Shown piece after piece: positions 35,833-45,637 of a stretch of 64,000 nt of DNA. The number at the start of each line of letters is the position of its first letter. Positions within the stretch are counted from its first letter, which is position 1. The notes under the pieces were generated by a model. It was not told the origin of the DNA. It was given only the letters and a program-made list of their open reading frames with translations, and did no database searches. This stretch comes from an uncultured Coxiellaceae bacterium (GTDB lineage: Bacteria > Pseudomonadota > Gammaproteobacteria > DSM-16500), in the NCBI GenBank assembly GCA_964578975.1, contig CAZOFA010000001.1, positions 4,111-68,110 on the forward strand. Direction: 5' to 3'. The position numbers were made by a program, and so were the translations under genes.

Positions 35833-37614
35833 ATGGCCACAACAAAAACAACAAAACAGTCCCTGTCTTTTGTCAATGTATTAAAATTTGCCGCAAACTA
35901 TTGGTTTCGTCAACCCAAAACATTCGTTTTGATTCTTTTCATGGTTCTGACGGCTGCATTTCTTGAAACATATTTACCTAGCGCACTCGCGTCATTTTTA
36001 GGAGCGATTCAACATCATCAAGATAAAACCCTCATTCTCACTTATCTCGGCATTTTTCTCGGTACGTATTTCGCCCAAGCGTTGATTTACGCCATCGTGT
36101 ATTTGATTTATAACACATTTGAAACGCATTTGTTTAAATCGCTGGTCGACGATGTGTTTGAACATGTGTATCGTTTGCCAGAAAAATTTTTTGCAAACAC
36201 ATTTACTGGCAGTATCGTATCGAAAATCAATCGTGCACGACAAAAAATCGAAGTGTTTGAAGATCAAATTCTCATTCGTATTTTTCCGACCATCGTTGTG
36301 CTGGTCGGTAGCATTATTTTTCTCACGTTTCGTTTTCCGATATTAGCGCTGTTGATGATGGCTTATCTTTTTATTTTAGTCGTCGTCAGTTCTTATTTAG
36401 TGTTTAAAGTCTCAGGTCCCGCACAAGGAATTTATGCGGCAGCACAAGATCATTTTAGCGCGCATCTTGCCGACAATATCAGCGGTGTTTCGCCCACGAA
36501 ATCCTATGCGCAAGAACCTTATGAATTAGCGCGTTTTTATTCGGTCACCGCTGATTTACGCAAAAAAAATGTGCGTGCTTATCATTTAGGAAATTATGCG
36601 GGTTTAATTCAACGCATGCTGCTCGCGGGGATGTTAGCGTTGTTGATGGGTGGCGGTGTTTGGTATTTTTTTCATGGCTTGGCGAGTGTGGAAAGCATGG
36701 CGTATTTAGCATTTGCGTATACAATCATGCAATCGTATATTCGCGATGTCGGAGAAAATATAAAAAACTTGCTGACATCCTCTTACGATTTACACGGTGT
36801 CATGCAACTGTTGCACGAAGAACCGGAAGTCGCAACCCATGTTAAACTTCCTGATCTCAACATTAAACAAGGCGAAATTATTTTTGAACGCGTCAAATTT
36901 ACTTATCCAGAAAAAACAGCGCCCATTTTTAATAATTTTTCTGCGAAAATTTATGCGGGTGAACGCATTGCGTTAGTTGGACACTCGGGCGGCGGTAAAA
37001 CAAGTTTTATTCGTTTATTACAATGTTTGTATCCCATTCAACAGGGACGTATTTTAATTGATGGACAAGATATCGCGCATGCTTCGCGCCAATCGTTACG
37101 CAGTTCAATTGCATTGGTACCGCAAGATCCCATTTTGTTTCATCGCACCCTCCGAGAAAATATTGCCTATGCAAAACCCGATGCGACGCAGGATGAAATT
37201 CATGCCGCCGCGCAAAAAGCGCATATTGAAGGATTTATTTTAAGTTTACCGCAAAAATATGAAACGCTCGTCGGTGAACGTGGCGTGAAATTATCGGGCG
37301 GTGAACGACAACGCATTGCCATTGCACGCGCAATTTTGGCGGATCGTCCCATTCTTATTTTGGATGAAGCCACCAGTTCCCTTGATTCTGAAAGTGAGCG
37401 TGCGATCCAAGATGCATTGTACACACTCACCCATGGCAGAACGTCAATCATGATCGCGCATCGTCTTTCAACGATTTTGGATGCGGATCGGATTTTAGTG
37501 TTTGATGCCGGGAGAATTGTGGAAGAAGGTTCGCATGAGGAATTGATTAGGCTAAATAATGGCATTTATGCCCATTTATTCAAGCTGCAATCCGGTGGGT
37601 TTATTGCAGAATAA
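35833..37614 (+). CDS. ABC exporter, fused permease-ATPase (MsbA/multidrug type I exporter family)
   Basis: Six N-terminal TM helices. Walker A GHSGGGKTS, signature LSGGERQRIAIARA, Walker B ILILDEATSSLD. Confidence 0.9.
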   Translation: MATTKTTKQSLSFVNVLKFAANYWFRQPKTFVLILFMVLTAAFLETYLPSALASFLGAIQHHQDKTLILTYLGIFLGTYFAQALIYAIVYLIYNTFETHLFKSLVDDVFEHVYRLPEKFFANTFTGSIVSKINRARQKIEVFEDQILIRIFPTIVVLVGSIIFLTFRFPILALLMMAYLFILVVVSSYLVFKVSGPAQGIYAAAQDHFSAHLADNISGVSPTKSYAQEPYELARFYSVTADLRKKNVRAYHLGNYAGLIQRMLLAGMLALLMGGGVWYFFHGLASVESMAYLAFAYTIMQSYIRDVGENIKNLLTSSYDLHGVMQLLHEEPEVATHVKLPDLNIKQGEIIFERVKFTYPEKTAPIFNNFSAKIYAGERIALVGHSGGGKTSFIRLLQCLYPIQQGRILIDGQDIAHASRQSLRSSIALVPQDPILFHRTLRENIAYAKPDATQDEIHAAAQKAHIEGFILSLPQKYETLVGERGVKLSGGERQRIAIARAILADRPILILDEATSSLDSESERAIQDALYTLTHGRTSIMIAHRLSTILDADRILVFDAGRIVEEGSHEELIRLNNGIYAHLFKLQSGGFIAE

Positions 37615-37705
37615 CCTCCCAAACCACGCGTAAAAATCTTGACAAAAAAAGTGCGATATCATAGCCTTTACTGCTATTTTTACCGATTAAAGGGTGATTG
37701 GAAGC

Positions 37706-38644
37706 ATGTCTACCCGCATAACGACCAATATTGTTTTTCTCGGCGGAGCCAGACGGGTGACGTTAGCGGAACAAATCCAGACGATCGGTCACGCATGGAA
37801 TATTCAACCGGTCTTTTACTCCATTGAAAAAGATGAGAAATTTTACCCGATTGCCAGTCATGCCACCATTTTGGCAGGACCTAAGTTTCAAACCCAGGCA
37901 TTTGATTCATTGTTAGAAAGTCTTTATGGCAAGGATGGTCGACCCACCTTGTTTATTGCGTGTATGGATGCGGCTATTCCCGCACTAGCAAGACTCGCCA
38001 CCCAACATGACACCATTGTGGCATCCAGTTTGGCCGGTGCTGAAATTGCTTTGGATAAAGAATTAACGGCGCAATTTTGTCAGAAATACGGGGTGACTCA
38101 TCCAACCTGTTTCGGGGTAAATGATCACTCTACAAAACGCGTGATTGCAAAACCCAAACAAGGTTTTGGCAGTAAAGGAATTTTTATTTTCGAAACACTG
38201 GCTGACGTGACCGATGATTTATTTGCGACCCATGTGATTCAGGAATATATTGAAGGTCCAGAGACAACTCACGATGTGTATATTGCGCGCGATGGCACAT
38301 TTCATATCGCATCGCGTGATCGTATGGCCGTCATTGATGGCGAAGTTGATCACTGCATTGTACGCCAACCTCAAGCGGCTGAGCGTGAGCTCATCGAAAA
38401 GATTGTGCAGAGCGGTTTATTTTCGGGGCCGATTACCATTCAAACGATGGGTAAAGATAACATTTGTTATTTGATTGAGATTAATGCTCGACTGGGAGGC
38501 GGTGTCACCGCAGCAATCGAAGCAGGCTTCCCTGCGATTGAACTGCTGATTTCCGAAACTTTTGGTATCGCGACACGCCATCGCGAATTCCGTTCACTTG
38601 AAATGAAGAGGGCTAGACGTGACTTTTACCGATTCCTTGCGTAA
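37706..38644 (+). CDS. ATP-grasp domain enzyme (carboxylate-amine/thiol ligase type)
   Basis: AKPKQGFGSKGIFIF, IQEYIEG, LIEINARLGGG. Start ATG 37706 (MSTRITTN) is preceded by ggaag. Confidence 0.6.
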   Translation: MSTRITTNIVFLGGARRVTLAEQIQTIGHAWNIQPVFYSIEKDEKFYPIASHATILAGPKFQTQAFDSLLESLYGKDGRPTLFIACMDAAIPALARLATQHDTIVASSLAGAEIALDKELTAQFCQKYGVTHPTCFGVNDHSTKRVIAKPKQGFGSKGIFIFETLADVTDDLFATHVIQEYIEGPETTHDVYIARDGTFHIASRDRMAVIDGEVDHCIVRQPQAAERELIEKIVQSGLFSGPITIQTMGKDNICYLIEINARLGGGVTAAIEAGFPAIELLISETFGIATRHREFRSLEMKRARRDFYRFLA

Positions 38645-38948
38645 TCTGCGCAACAAAGTATTGGCTATCGATATTGATGGCACCATCTGTACTGAAGAAC
38701 GAACATTTGAGCGTCCGCTGGCAAAACCCGTTGCGGGAGCCGTTGAAGCGATTCGCTTGCTCAAAGAAAATGATAACACCATTATTTTTTGGACGGCACG
38801 CGGCTGGGAACAATACAAAGTCACCAAGCTCTGGTTAGACAATTATGGTTTTGTCTACGACCAACTCATCATGGGAAAACCAATCGTCGATTGCATTATT
38901 GATGATCGCGCACGACAATTTATTTCTTGGGAAAATTTACATGTCTAA
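38619..38948 (+). CDS. Small HAD-superfamily-like phosphatase (109 aa)
   Basis: VLAIDIDGTICTEE is HAD motif I (DxDGT). FWTARG is plausibly motif II. The GTG start overlaps the end of the ATP-grasp gene. Confidence 0.45.
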   Translation: MTFTDSLRNLRNKVLAIDIDGTICTEERTFERPLAKPVAGAVEAIRLLKENDNTIIFWTARGWEQYKVTKLWLDNYGFVYDQLIMGKPIVDCIIDDRARQFISWENLHV

Positions 38949-40335
38949 TTCATCAGAACTTGTTATTTGGATACCGTTGTCGCCTAAAAATTCTTGGAAT
39001 GGCGAAGGGATTAGTCGCACCATTGAAAATATTCTTGAGCATTTACCCCGCGACATTATTTGTCAGATGGTTGTTTCAAAAAATCATGCGCTCGAACTCG
39101 CGGGTCTCGCGGCAAAATATCCCAACATCCAGATTAAAACCTTTGGTTTCACCGCTCGATATAAAAATGTGAAAAAAGGTGACACCAAAAATGATGGAAC
39201 AATCGAATTTATCATCACCAAAATTAAACCATTGTCCTGGTTGCGCAAAAAACTGACGTCTGGTCTTGTGCAGCGTGTTCAATATGTGTTTTACGTGCAT
39301 CTCTATGCTTTTTTACAACGTTGGAATTTATTTCTCCCCGATCGCAAAGTTTTTTGGATACCAGTTCCTGGCATTCCGGCGCTAGGATGGTTACGCGCAA
39401 AAAAAATTTTTTCATTCTGGGATCCGTTTGTTTTTGAATACAAAGATTTTGCTGATATCAATGCATTTCTTTTTAAGCATTTTGCGAGCCTCTATCGCGA
39501 TGCTGAATTACTCATTACTCAATCGCAAGCAAACAAAGATTTTTTGACCAACGTTTTTCAAGTCAGCCCAGAGAAAATTGAAATTATTAATAATGGCAAC
39601 CCAGATTATTCTGAATTTTACAACCAATTGGATGCCATTGGTCGACGCAACAAAGATGGTTTGCTTAACCTGTGGGCTAAATCAGAATATCTTGCGCTCA
39701 CTTACAAAGAAGCGAACAACAAACAAGTTCATGACTTGCTGAATAAATCAATTTTATGGCGCCTGTTATATAAATTAACGCCGCGCGATCGTGTGTTAAT
39801 GATTTCAACGCAAATACGTCCGTACAAAGGTTTTAATTTATTGCTCGAATTTTTGAATAATCTTGTGCAGAACGAAACAGAATTTCGTTATCAATTTATT
39901 TTTACGGCGGAATTATCCGACGACATGCGAAATTTGTATCCTGCGTTATATGAACGCATTCACGAAATTACTCGTGTTTCAAATCCACAACACGCGCTGC
40001 TTTACTATATTTCGGATCTTGTCATGCATCCAAGTTATGTGGAAGGTGGACGCGGTGTGTATCCACAATTTGAAGCAGCCTCAGTTGGCACACCCAGCTT
40101 AGTCAATTTAGGGCGACATGTGTTTGAGCAATCGCCACAAGCAATGAGCACGCCAACACATTACGCGGTCGATTTTACCAATACTCAAGAATTACAGAGA
40201 CGTATTCATGAGTTGATGTCATCCGAAGAAGCGCGCCAACTGAATCTCATGGAAACACGACAATTATCCATTTGCTGGGCTGATTCCGCTAAAAAATATG
40301 GCGAGACGTTTAAAAAGGTCATGCAGCATGGCTAA
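38941..40335 (+). CDS. GT-B fold glycosyltransferase (GT4-like)
   Basis: C-terminal HPSYVEGGRGVYPQFEAASVGTPSLV matches the E-x7-E nucleotide-sugar-binding motif. ATG 38941 (MSNSSELVIWIP) overlaps the HAD stop. Confidence 0.6.
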   Translation: MSNSSELVIWIPLSPKNSWNGEGISRTIENILEHLPRDIICQMVVSKNHALELAGLAAKYPNIQIKTFGFTARYKNVKKGDTKNDGTIEFIITKIKPLSWLRKKLTSGLVQRVQYVFYVHLYAFLQRWNLFLPDRKVFWIPVPGIPALGWLRAKKIFSFWDPFVFEYKDFADINAFLFKHFASLYRDAELLITQSQANKDFLTNVFQVSPEKIEIINNGNPDYSEFYNQLDAIGRRNKDGLLNLWAKSEYLALTYKEANNKQVHDLLNKSILWRLLYKLTPRDRVLMISTQIRPYKGFNLLLEFLNNLVQNETEFRYQFIFTAELSDDMRNLYPALYERIHEITRVSNPQHALLYYISDLVMHPSYVEGGRGVYPQFEAASVGTPSLVNLGRHVFEQSPQAMSTPTHYAVDFTNTQELQRRIHELMSSEEARQLNLMETRQLSICWADSAKKYGETFKKVMQHG

Positions 40336-41116
40336 TTTATCCATGATCAGTGATATTCGATATGCTGCCACCAACTGGCGCGTGGTGCATTTACTGGGGA
40401 TCACGGCACTGCGTTCACGTTACGCGCGTTCCAAATTCGGTCAAGCTTGGTTGAGTATTACCACACTCATCCAAATTCTCTGCACCGGCATGGTGTGGTC
40501 GTTAATCTGGCGCATGAAAATTTCCGAATATCTTCCTTATGTCGGTGTCGGTCATATCGTCTATTTATTTTTATCGCAAACCATTAACGACAGCACTGGC
40601 GCATTTGTTTCGGATGCACGCCTTTACATGAATGATAAATTACCTTTCATGATTTCAATCGGCGCACATATTTATCGAAATCTTCTTATTCTCTTGCATA
40701 ACGTGCCGACCGTTATCATTCTGCTGTTATGGTCGAGCGCAGTGCATCCTGCAATTACGCTTTCTTTTTTGGCCGGCGTTGTGTTGGCATTTATTTTTGT
40801 ATTTTTTTCCTGTTATTTGCTTGCAACCATCTGCACGCGATTTCGTGATCTGATTCAGTTGGTTTCATTATTATTTCAAATCATTTTTTTAGTTTCACCG
40901 ATTATGTGGAAAGTGAGTTTTCTGCCGGAGCAATATCAAAAATACGCGTATATTAATCCGTTTGCCTCATTGTTGGAATTACTCAGAAATCCATTACTGG
41001 GCTTACCGGTGAATTCATGGGCCCTGATTTCTCTCTCAGCATGGACGTTGCTAATTAGTGTTGTATCTATTATCACTTTTAAGAAAATGAGTCGATATAC
41101 GATTTACTGGATTTAA
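40328..41116 (+). CDS. ABC-2 type polysaccharide/glycan export permease (Wzm/KpsM/TagG-like)
   Basis: About six TM helices. N-terminal LLGITALRSRYARSKFGQAWL is typical of ABC-2 permeases. ATG 40328 overlaps the glycosyltransferase stop. Confidence 0.7.
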   Translation: MANLSMISDIRYAATNWRVVHLLGITALRSRYARSKFGQAWLSITTLIQILCTGMVWSLIWRMKISEYLPYVGVGHIVYLFLSQTINDSTGAFVSDARLYMNDKLPFMISIGAHIYRNLLILLHNVPTVIILLLWSSAVHPAITLSFLAGVVLAFIFVFFSCYLLATICTRFRDLIQLVSLLFQIIFLVSPIMWKVSFLPEQYQKYAYINPFASLLELLRNPLLGLPVNSWALISLSAWTLLISVVSIITFKKMSRYTIYWI

Positions 41117-41118
41117 CT

Positions 41119-41874
41119 ATGATTGAGCTTTCGTCTGTACATTTGAAATATCCGTTGATGGGACATTTTTCTCATTCTCTTCAATCACTGGTGAATCATA
41201 AAGTCGGTGGCGTGTTGCGTCGTCATGAACAACAAGAAAAACTTGTCACCTATGTGCATGCGTTACGCGATATATCATTAAAAATTGAAGATGGTTGTCG
41301 TCTGGGTTTGATTGGGCATAACGGCGCTGGAAAAACAACATTATTACGCGTGTTATCAGGCGTGTATCCTCCGACCAGCGGTTCCATTGTGACGAAAGGA
41401 AATATCAGTGCACTGACCGATTTTACGCTTGGCATGGATCCCAACGCCTCTGGATTAAAAAATATTGAATTCCGCCTCGTTTTTATGGGTTTTTCTTTCA
41501 AAAAAGCCCGTCAAGCGATCGATGACATTGTGGCTTTTTCTGAGCTGGGTGAATTTATTAATCTGCCGGTCAGAACTTATTCGACCGGAATGTATTTACG
41601 ACTGGCTTTTGCCATTTCCACGCATTTTATTCCGGATATTTTAATTTTAGATGAAGTGATTGGCGCAGGAGATGAAACCTTTCGCATCAAAGCGAAAGGA
41701 CGATTAGAAAAATTGATTTCAGGCTCACGCATTGTGGTTTTATCTACGCATGACATGGGCGCTGTTAAAACGTATTGCGATCGTGCGCTTTGGTTGCAGC
41801 AGGGTGAGATTATGCAAGAAGGATCTCCGACGGATGTTACTCAAAATTATTTGATTGCATCTACTCAGTCATAA
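41119..41874 (+). CDS. ABC transporter ATPase for glycan export (Wzt/KpsT/TagH-like, no C-terminal carbohydrate-binding domain)
   Basis: Walker A GHNGAGKTTLL, signature-like YSTGMYLRLAF, Walker B ILILDEV. Confidence 0.85.
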   Translation: MIELSSVHLKYPLMGHFSHSLQSLVNHKVGGVLRRHEQQEKLVTYVHALRDISLKIEDGCRLGLIGHNGAGKTTLLRVLSGVYPPTSGSIVTKGNISALTDFTLGMDPNASGLKNIEFRLVFMGFSFKKARQAIDDIVAFSELGEFINLPVRTYSTGMYLRLAFAISTHFIPDILILDEVIGAGDETFRIKAKGRLEKLISGSRIVVLSTHDMGAVKTYCDRALWLQQGEIMQEGSPTDVTQNYLIASTQS

Positions 41875-41880
41875 TCACTA

Positions 41881-41972
41881 TCGTCATTGCGAGTCGCGTA
41901 GCTACGAAGCAATCCATAAATATTATAAAAAAAACCTGGATTGCTTCGTCGCTACGCTCCTCGCAATGACGA
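41881..41972. repeat. Family-B composite palindrome (long hairpin) between convergent wzt-like gene and pdxB; overlaps the pdxB 3' end
   Basis: Arms tcgtcattgcgagtcgcgtagctacgaagcaatcca (41881-41916) and cctggattgcttcgtcgctacgctcctcgcaatgacga (41934-41971). The pdxB stop is at 41952-41954, inside the right arm. Confidence 0.85.
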
Positions 41973-43052
41973 TAACCCCAATTGCTGTAAAATAACGCGA
42001 TCGTTTTCCGCTAGCCTAATCTCACGCAATTCACTAAACCCAAATTCATCACGCTCTTGAAAATTTTTTCTTAAATTATCAAATTGATTTTCATCTTCAA
42101 GCAACGTCTGTTTCATTTTTTTGGTTTCAGCCAACGGATCAAAAATAGTTAACACCACCTCACGCCAATCCAATGTAGCATTGTGAAAAGAAATTATTTT
42201 TTTAGGATAAGGAATATCTTTTATCGATGCCTGCTCAATAACACCTTGCCGCACCGCATCATCATAAATCATTTTGATTCCGCGATACTTACTTTGCAGC
42301 GAGTAACCCGCAATATGCGGTGTTGCAATGAGCGCTGATTCAAGGATTTCAGCGTCAATGTTGGGTTCATTTTCCCACACATCAAAACACCATAATAATT
42401 CTTGTCCATATAATTTTAATTGCGCAGTGTCAATCACCGCACCACGACCACTATTTAATAACACACAATTCTTTTTTTGCCGCGCTAAAAAATCTTGTTT
42501 CATTAAGTGATAGGTTGGATACGCGCCCTCGTGCGTCAAAGGTGTATGCAGAGAAATAACATCAAGATCAGTGAGCGCATCGAATTTTGTGGATAAAATA
42601 TCTTGGCGCAATGGATCGCATAACACGACATTAAAACCCAATATTTCAAATATCTTTGCAACCGCACCCCCGATCCGACCGACACCAACCACACCGGCGC
42701 GCAGATTTTTTTCTGTCAACAATTGCATTTTTTGTAAAGCAGCAATCACACAAACAACATATTCAACCACGGCGGTCGCATTGCAGCCACTTGCAACACT
42801 CAATTGAATTCCGTGCGCGTGTAACCACGCTTGATCGATATGATCGGCACCGGTTGTGACACTTCCCACAAATTTAACACGGGTATTTTTTAATAATGCT
42901 GCATTCACTTTTGTCACTGAGCGCACTAATAATATGTCCGCATCGATTAAATCAGATTGTGTAATGGCACGTCCTGGTTTCAATAACAGTGTGTGCTCAT
43001 CGCCAAAATACGCATTGACTAAAAAAATATTTTCATCTGCAACAATTTTCAT
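41952..43052 (-). CDS. pdxB: Erythronate-4-phosphate dehydrogenase
   Basis: MKIVADENI N-terminus, NAD-binding fold VGVVGVGRIGGAV, and a D-2-hydroxyacid dehydrogenase core (SLHTPLT, NSGRGAVID). Confidence 0.85.
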   Translation of the reverse strand: MKIVADENIFLVNAYFGDEHTLLLKPGRAITQSDLIDADILLVRSVTKVNAALLKNTRVKFVGSVTTGADHIDQAWLHAHGIQLSVASGCNATAVVEYVVCVIAALQKMQLLTEKNLRAGVVGVGRIGGAVAKIFEILGFNVVLCDPLRQDILSTKFDALTDLDVISLHTPLTHEGAYPTYHLMKQDFLARQKKNCVLLNSGRGAVIDTAQLKLYGQELLWCFDVWENEPNIDAEILESALIATPHIAGYSLQSKYRGIKMIYDDAVRQGVIEQASIKDIPYPKKIISFHNATLDWREVVLTIFDPLAETKKMKQTLLEDENQFDNLRKNFQERDEFGFSELREIRLAENDRVILQQLGLSSLRGA

Positions 43053-43888
43053 GCGAATAAAATTCCAATAAAAATAATCAAGCCCACCCAGTTATTATTT
43101 AAAAAAGCTTTAAAACAACTTGCCGGATGACGATCTTTAATCAACCATTGTTGATACACAAACAGTAACAATGCAAAAAACAAAGCAACAAAATAACTAA
43201 AACGTAATGCAAATAAATATCCCACCGTGAATAGCACCCCTAAAAAACTCAGTTGCAATAGTCCAATGATAAATCTGTCCCATGCGCCAAACAAAATGGC
43301 GGTTGACTTCACTCCAATTTTTGCATCATCAGCGCGATCAGCCATTGCATACAATGTGTCATACATCAATGGCCAAATCACCGCAGCAAGAAAAACAATC
43401 CAATCCGCTGCGCTAATTGTATTATTCACAGCAGCAAACGCCATTGGCACGCCCCAGGCAAACGCCAGTCCCAAACCGACTTGGGGTAAATGAGTGTAGC
43501 GTTTTAAAAATGGATAAATGCTCGCGAGAAATGCGCCGATAAACGCAAGCAAAATAGTAAAACGATTTAAAAATAACACGAGAATAAATGCAGTGCACAT
43601 CAACACAAAAAATAATAGGAGGGCTTGGGAAAGCGTGATTTTATTTGCGGTGAGTGGACGTGTGCGTGTGCGTTCAACATGTTTATCAATATGACGATCG
43701 GCAATGTCATTGATCACACAACCAGCTGAACGCATGACAATCACACCCATCACAAAAATTGACACGATGAAAATATCCGGTTCGCCATTGCTCGCCAACC
43801 ATAACGCCCACAATGTGGGCCACAACAATAAAAAAATTCCGATCGGTTTATTTAAACGCATCAATTGTAAAAAATAGTTTAATTGCAT
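43049..43888 (-). CDS. ubiA: 4-hydroxybenzoate polyprenyltransferase
   Basis: NDIADRHIDKHVERTRTRPL (first Asp-rich motif) and YDTLYAMADRADD (second). Multi-TM. Confidence 0.9.
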   Translation of the reverse strand: MQLNYFLQLMRLNKPIGIFLLLWPTLWALWLASNGEPDIFIVSIFVMGVIVMRSAGCVINDIADRHIDKHVERTRTRPLTANKITLSQALLLFFVLMCTAFILVLFLNRFTILLAFIGAFLASIYPFLKRYTHLPQVGLGLAFAWGVPMAFAAVNNTISAADWIVFLAAVIWPLMYDTLYAMADRADDAKIGVKSTAILFGAWDRFIIGLLQLSFLGVLFTVGYLFALRFSYFVALFFALLLFVYQQWLIKDRHPASCFKAFLNNNWVGLIIFIGILFA

Positions 43889-44433
43889 AATTGATTCATA
43901 TCTGGCAAAAAAACTTCTGTTAACAACAAGGACTTATGTTGCAAAACAAAAAGCGAACGACGTGCCCACATGTCATTTTCGCCTGCGCGAATATTGCAAT
44001 TTTTAGTGATATCCTCATACCATTGCGTGTTGGAATGCACACAGGCAATTTCAAATTCACTGCGTTGTAAATTTGGATCTCTAAATAAAACAGATCCCAG
44101 CGAACGACTTTTTAAACGTGCCAAACAGCGTTCATTTCCGGTCAGCGTTTCGCGTGGAAACACCGTGCGCGCAAACATCCATTTTTTTTGTTCGCTAAAA
44201 ATAAGCACTTCTCGAACCAAAGCATACGTGCGTGGTGGAATGTCTAATTGAAGCTTTTCATCCAATAAAGGAAAAAGCCATTGTTGACGCAATACGTTGA
44301 CCTTGGGATTTTGGGCGCCACACGCACGTAACCGTTGCATAAACGAACCTGGATAAAATAACCACGTATGCAAATAATCGGGTACTGCAATTCCTGGATG
44401 TTTTTGCCATGTTAATTGATTTTTTTTCTGCAT
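43879..44433 (-). CDS. ubiC: Chorismate pyruvate-lyase
   Basis: 184 aa, overlapping and upstream of ubiA, which is the conserved ubiCA arrangement. The sequence call itself is weak. Confidence 0.6.
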   Translation of the reverse strand: MQKKNQLTWQKHPGIAVPDYLHTWLFYPGSFMQRLRACGAQNPKVNVLRQQWLFPLLDEKLQLDIPPRTYALVREVLIFSEQKKWMFARTVFPRETLTGNERCLARLKSRSLGSVLFRDPNLQRSEFEIACVHSNTQWYEDITKNCNIRAGENDMWARRSLFVLQHKSLLLTEVFLPDMNQLCN

Positions 44434-44477
44434 GGTTGCGCCTATAATATGGTTTCAATCAAGTCGGACTTAAAACT

Positions 44478-45626
44478 ATGTCTCATCCTATCGTTATCAT
44501 TGGTACTGGCCTTGCAGGATACCAGCTTGCGCGTGAGTTTCGCAAACTGGATAATAGCGCGCCGCTCACCATTGTAACGGCGGATGAGGGGCAATTTTAT
44601 TCTAAGCCGCAACTGTCCACCGCGCTCACCAGTGGTAAAACCGCAGAAACATTACCCACTGCCAATGCTACCCAGATGGCTTCAGAACTGAATGCCATCA
44701 TCAAAACGCGGGCGCGCGTCACCGCGATTGATCCTGCGAGAAAATTGATTACCGTCAATGACGATCAAATCGGTTATAGCAAACTGGTGTTAGCGTGCGG
44801 CGCTGATGTCATTCGCCCTGAACTGGCAGGCGATGCCGTCAAAGAAATATTGTCGATCAATCATATTTATCATTACGCGGAATTTCGTGACCTCATTGAA
44901 AATAAAAAAAAGATTGCGATTTTGGGTGCGGGACTCATCGGTTGTGAATTTGCCAATGATTTAAGTAATGCGGGCTATGAAACGCATATCATCGCACCGG
45001 TCAAAGCACCGCTCGATTTACTTGTGCCTGAGACTGTTGGGCGAGTTTTGCAAACCGCGCTCGAGCAAAATGGGGTGCATTTTCATTTACCCAGCATTGC
45101 CACGCGCATCGATAAAATGGAAAACGGGGTTTATTGTCTTGAATTATCCAACAATAACGTCATCGAAGTGGATTTTGTTTTATCGGCCATTGGGTTAAGA
45201 CCGCATACGACTCTCGCAAAAGTCACTGGCATTGTGACCAATCGTGGAATTGTGGTGAATCGTTTTCTTGAAACGAGTCAGCCGGATATTTATGCATTGG
45301 GTGATTGCAGTGAAGTCGAAGGTCATGTGTTGCCCTACATTACGCCATTGCTAAACTGCGCACGCGCGTTGGCAAAAACACTGACTGGCACGCGCACCGC
45401 CGTGCTCTATCCTGCCATGCCGGTGGTTGTCAAAACGCCCGCCCATCCGATTGTCGTCTGTCCGCCACCCAAAAATATTGAGGGCAATTGGGAAATTGAG
45501 ACGACTGACTCGAATGTGCGCGCATTGTTTTATGATGAACAGCGCCATTTGTATGGATTTGTATTAACCAATGAAGCAGTGAAAGAACGCGCGAATTTAG
45601 CTAAAATGATACCATCATTGTTTTAG
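44478..45626 (+). CDS. FAD-dependent pyridine nucleotide-disulfide oxidoreductase family protein (rubredoxin reductase/NorW-like)
   Basis: IVIIGTGLAGYQLA (FAD GxGxxG), IAILGAGLIGCEFA (NAD GxGxxG), ALGDC. Confidence 0.75.
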   Translation: MSHPIVIIGTGLAGYQLAREFRKLDNSAPLTIVTADEGQFYSKPQLSTALTSGKTAETLPTANATQMASELNAIIKTRARVTAIDPARKLITVNDDQIGYSKLVLACGADVIRPELAGDAVKEILSINHIYHYAEFRDLIENKKKIAILGAGLIGCEFANDLSNAGYETHIIAPVKAPLDLLVPETVGRVLQTALEQNGVHFHLPSIATRIDKMENGVYCLELSNNNVIEVDFVLSAIGLRPHTTLAKVTGIVTNRGIVVNRFLETSQPDIYALGDCSEVEGHVLPYITPLLNCARALAKTLTGTRTAVLYPAMPVVVKTPAHPIVVCPPPKNIEGNWEIETTDSNVRALFYDEQRHLYGFVLTNEAVKERANLAKMIPSLF

Positions 45627-45637
45627 GCGATAATGAC

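Noticed and set aside
33271-37614. Idea that the kinase, the orphan ORF and the CaaX protein mark a horizontally acquired genomic island or prophage
   Set aside because: There is no integrase, transposase, tRNA attachment site or flanking direct repeats. The effector-like genes are scattered singly among housekeeping genes and share the surrounding AT-rich composition by eye.
37639-37667. Possible sigma-70 promoter (TTGACA at 37639-37644) upstream of the ATP-grasp gene
   Set aside because: With a 17-bp spacer the -10 position reads tagcct. The better tatcat hexamer is only 12 bp away. This is not convincing enough to annotate.
38845-38940. Upstream extension of the glycosyltransferase ORF (track start 38845)
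   Set aside because: It lies within the HAD-like gene in another frame. ATG 38941 gives the same short start/stop overlap seen at the other junctions of this cluster.
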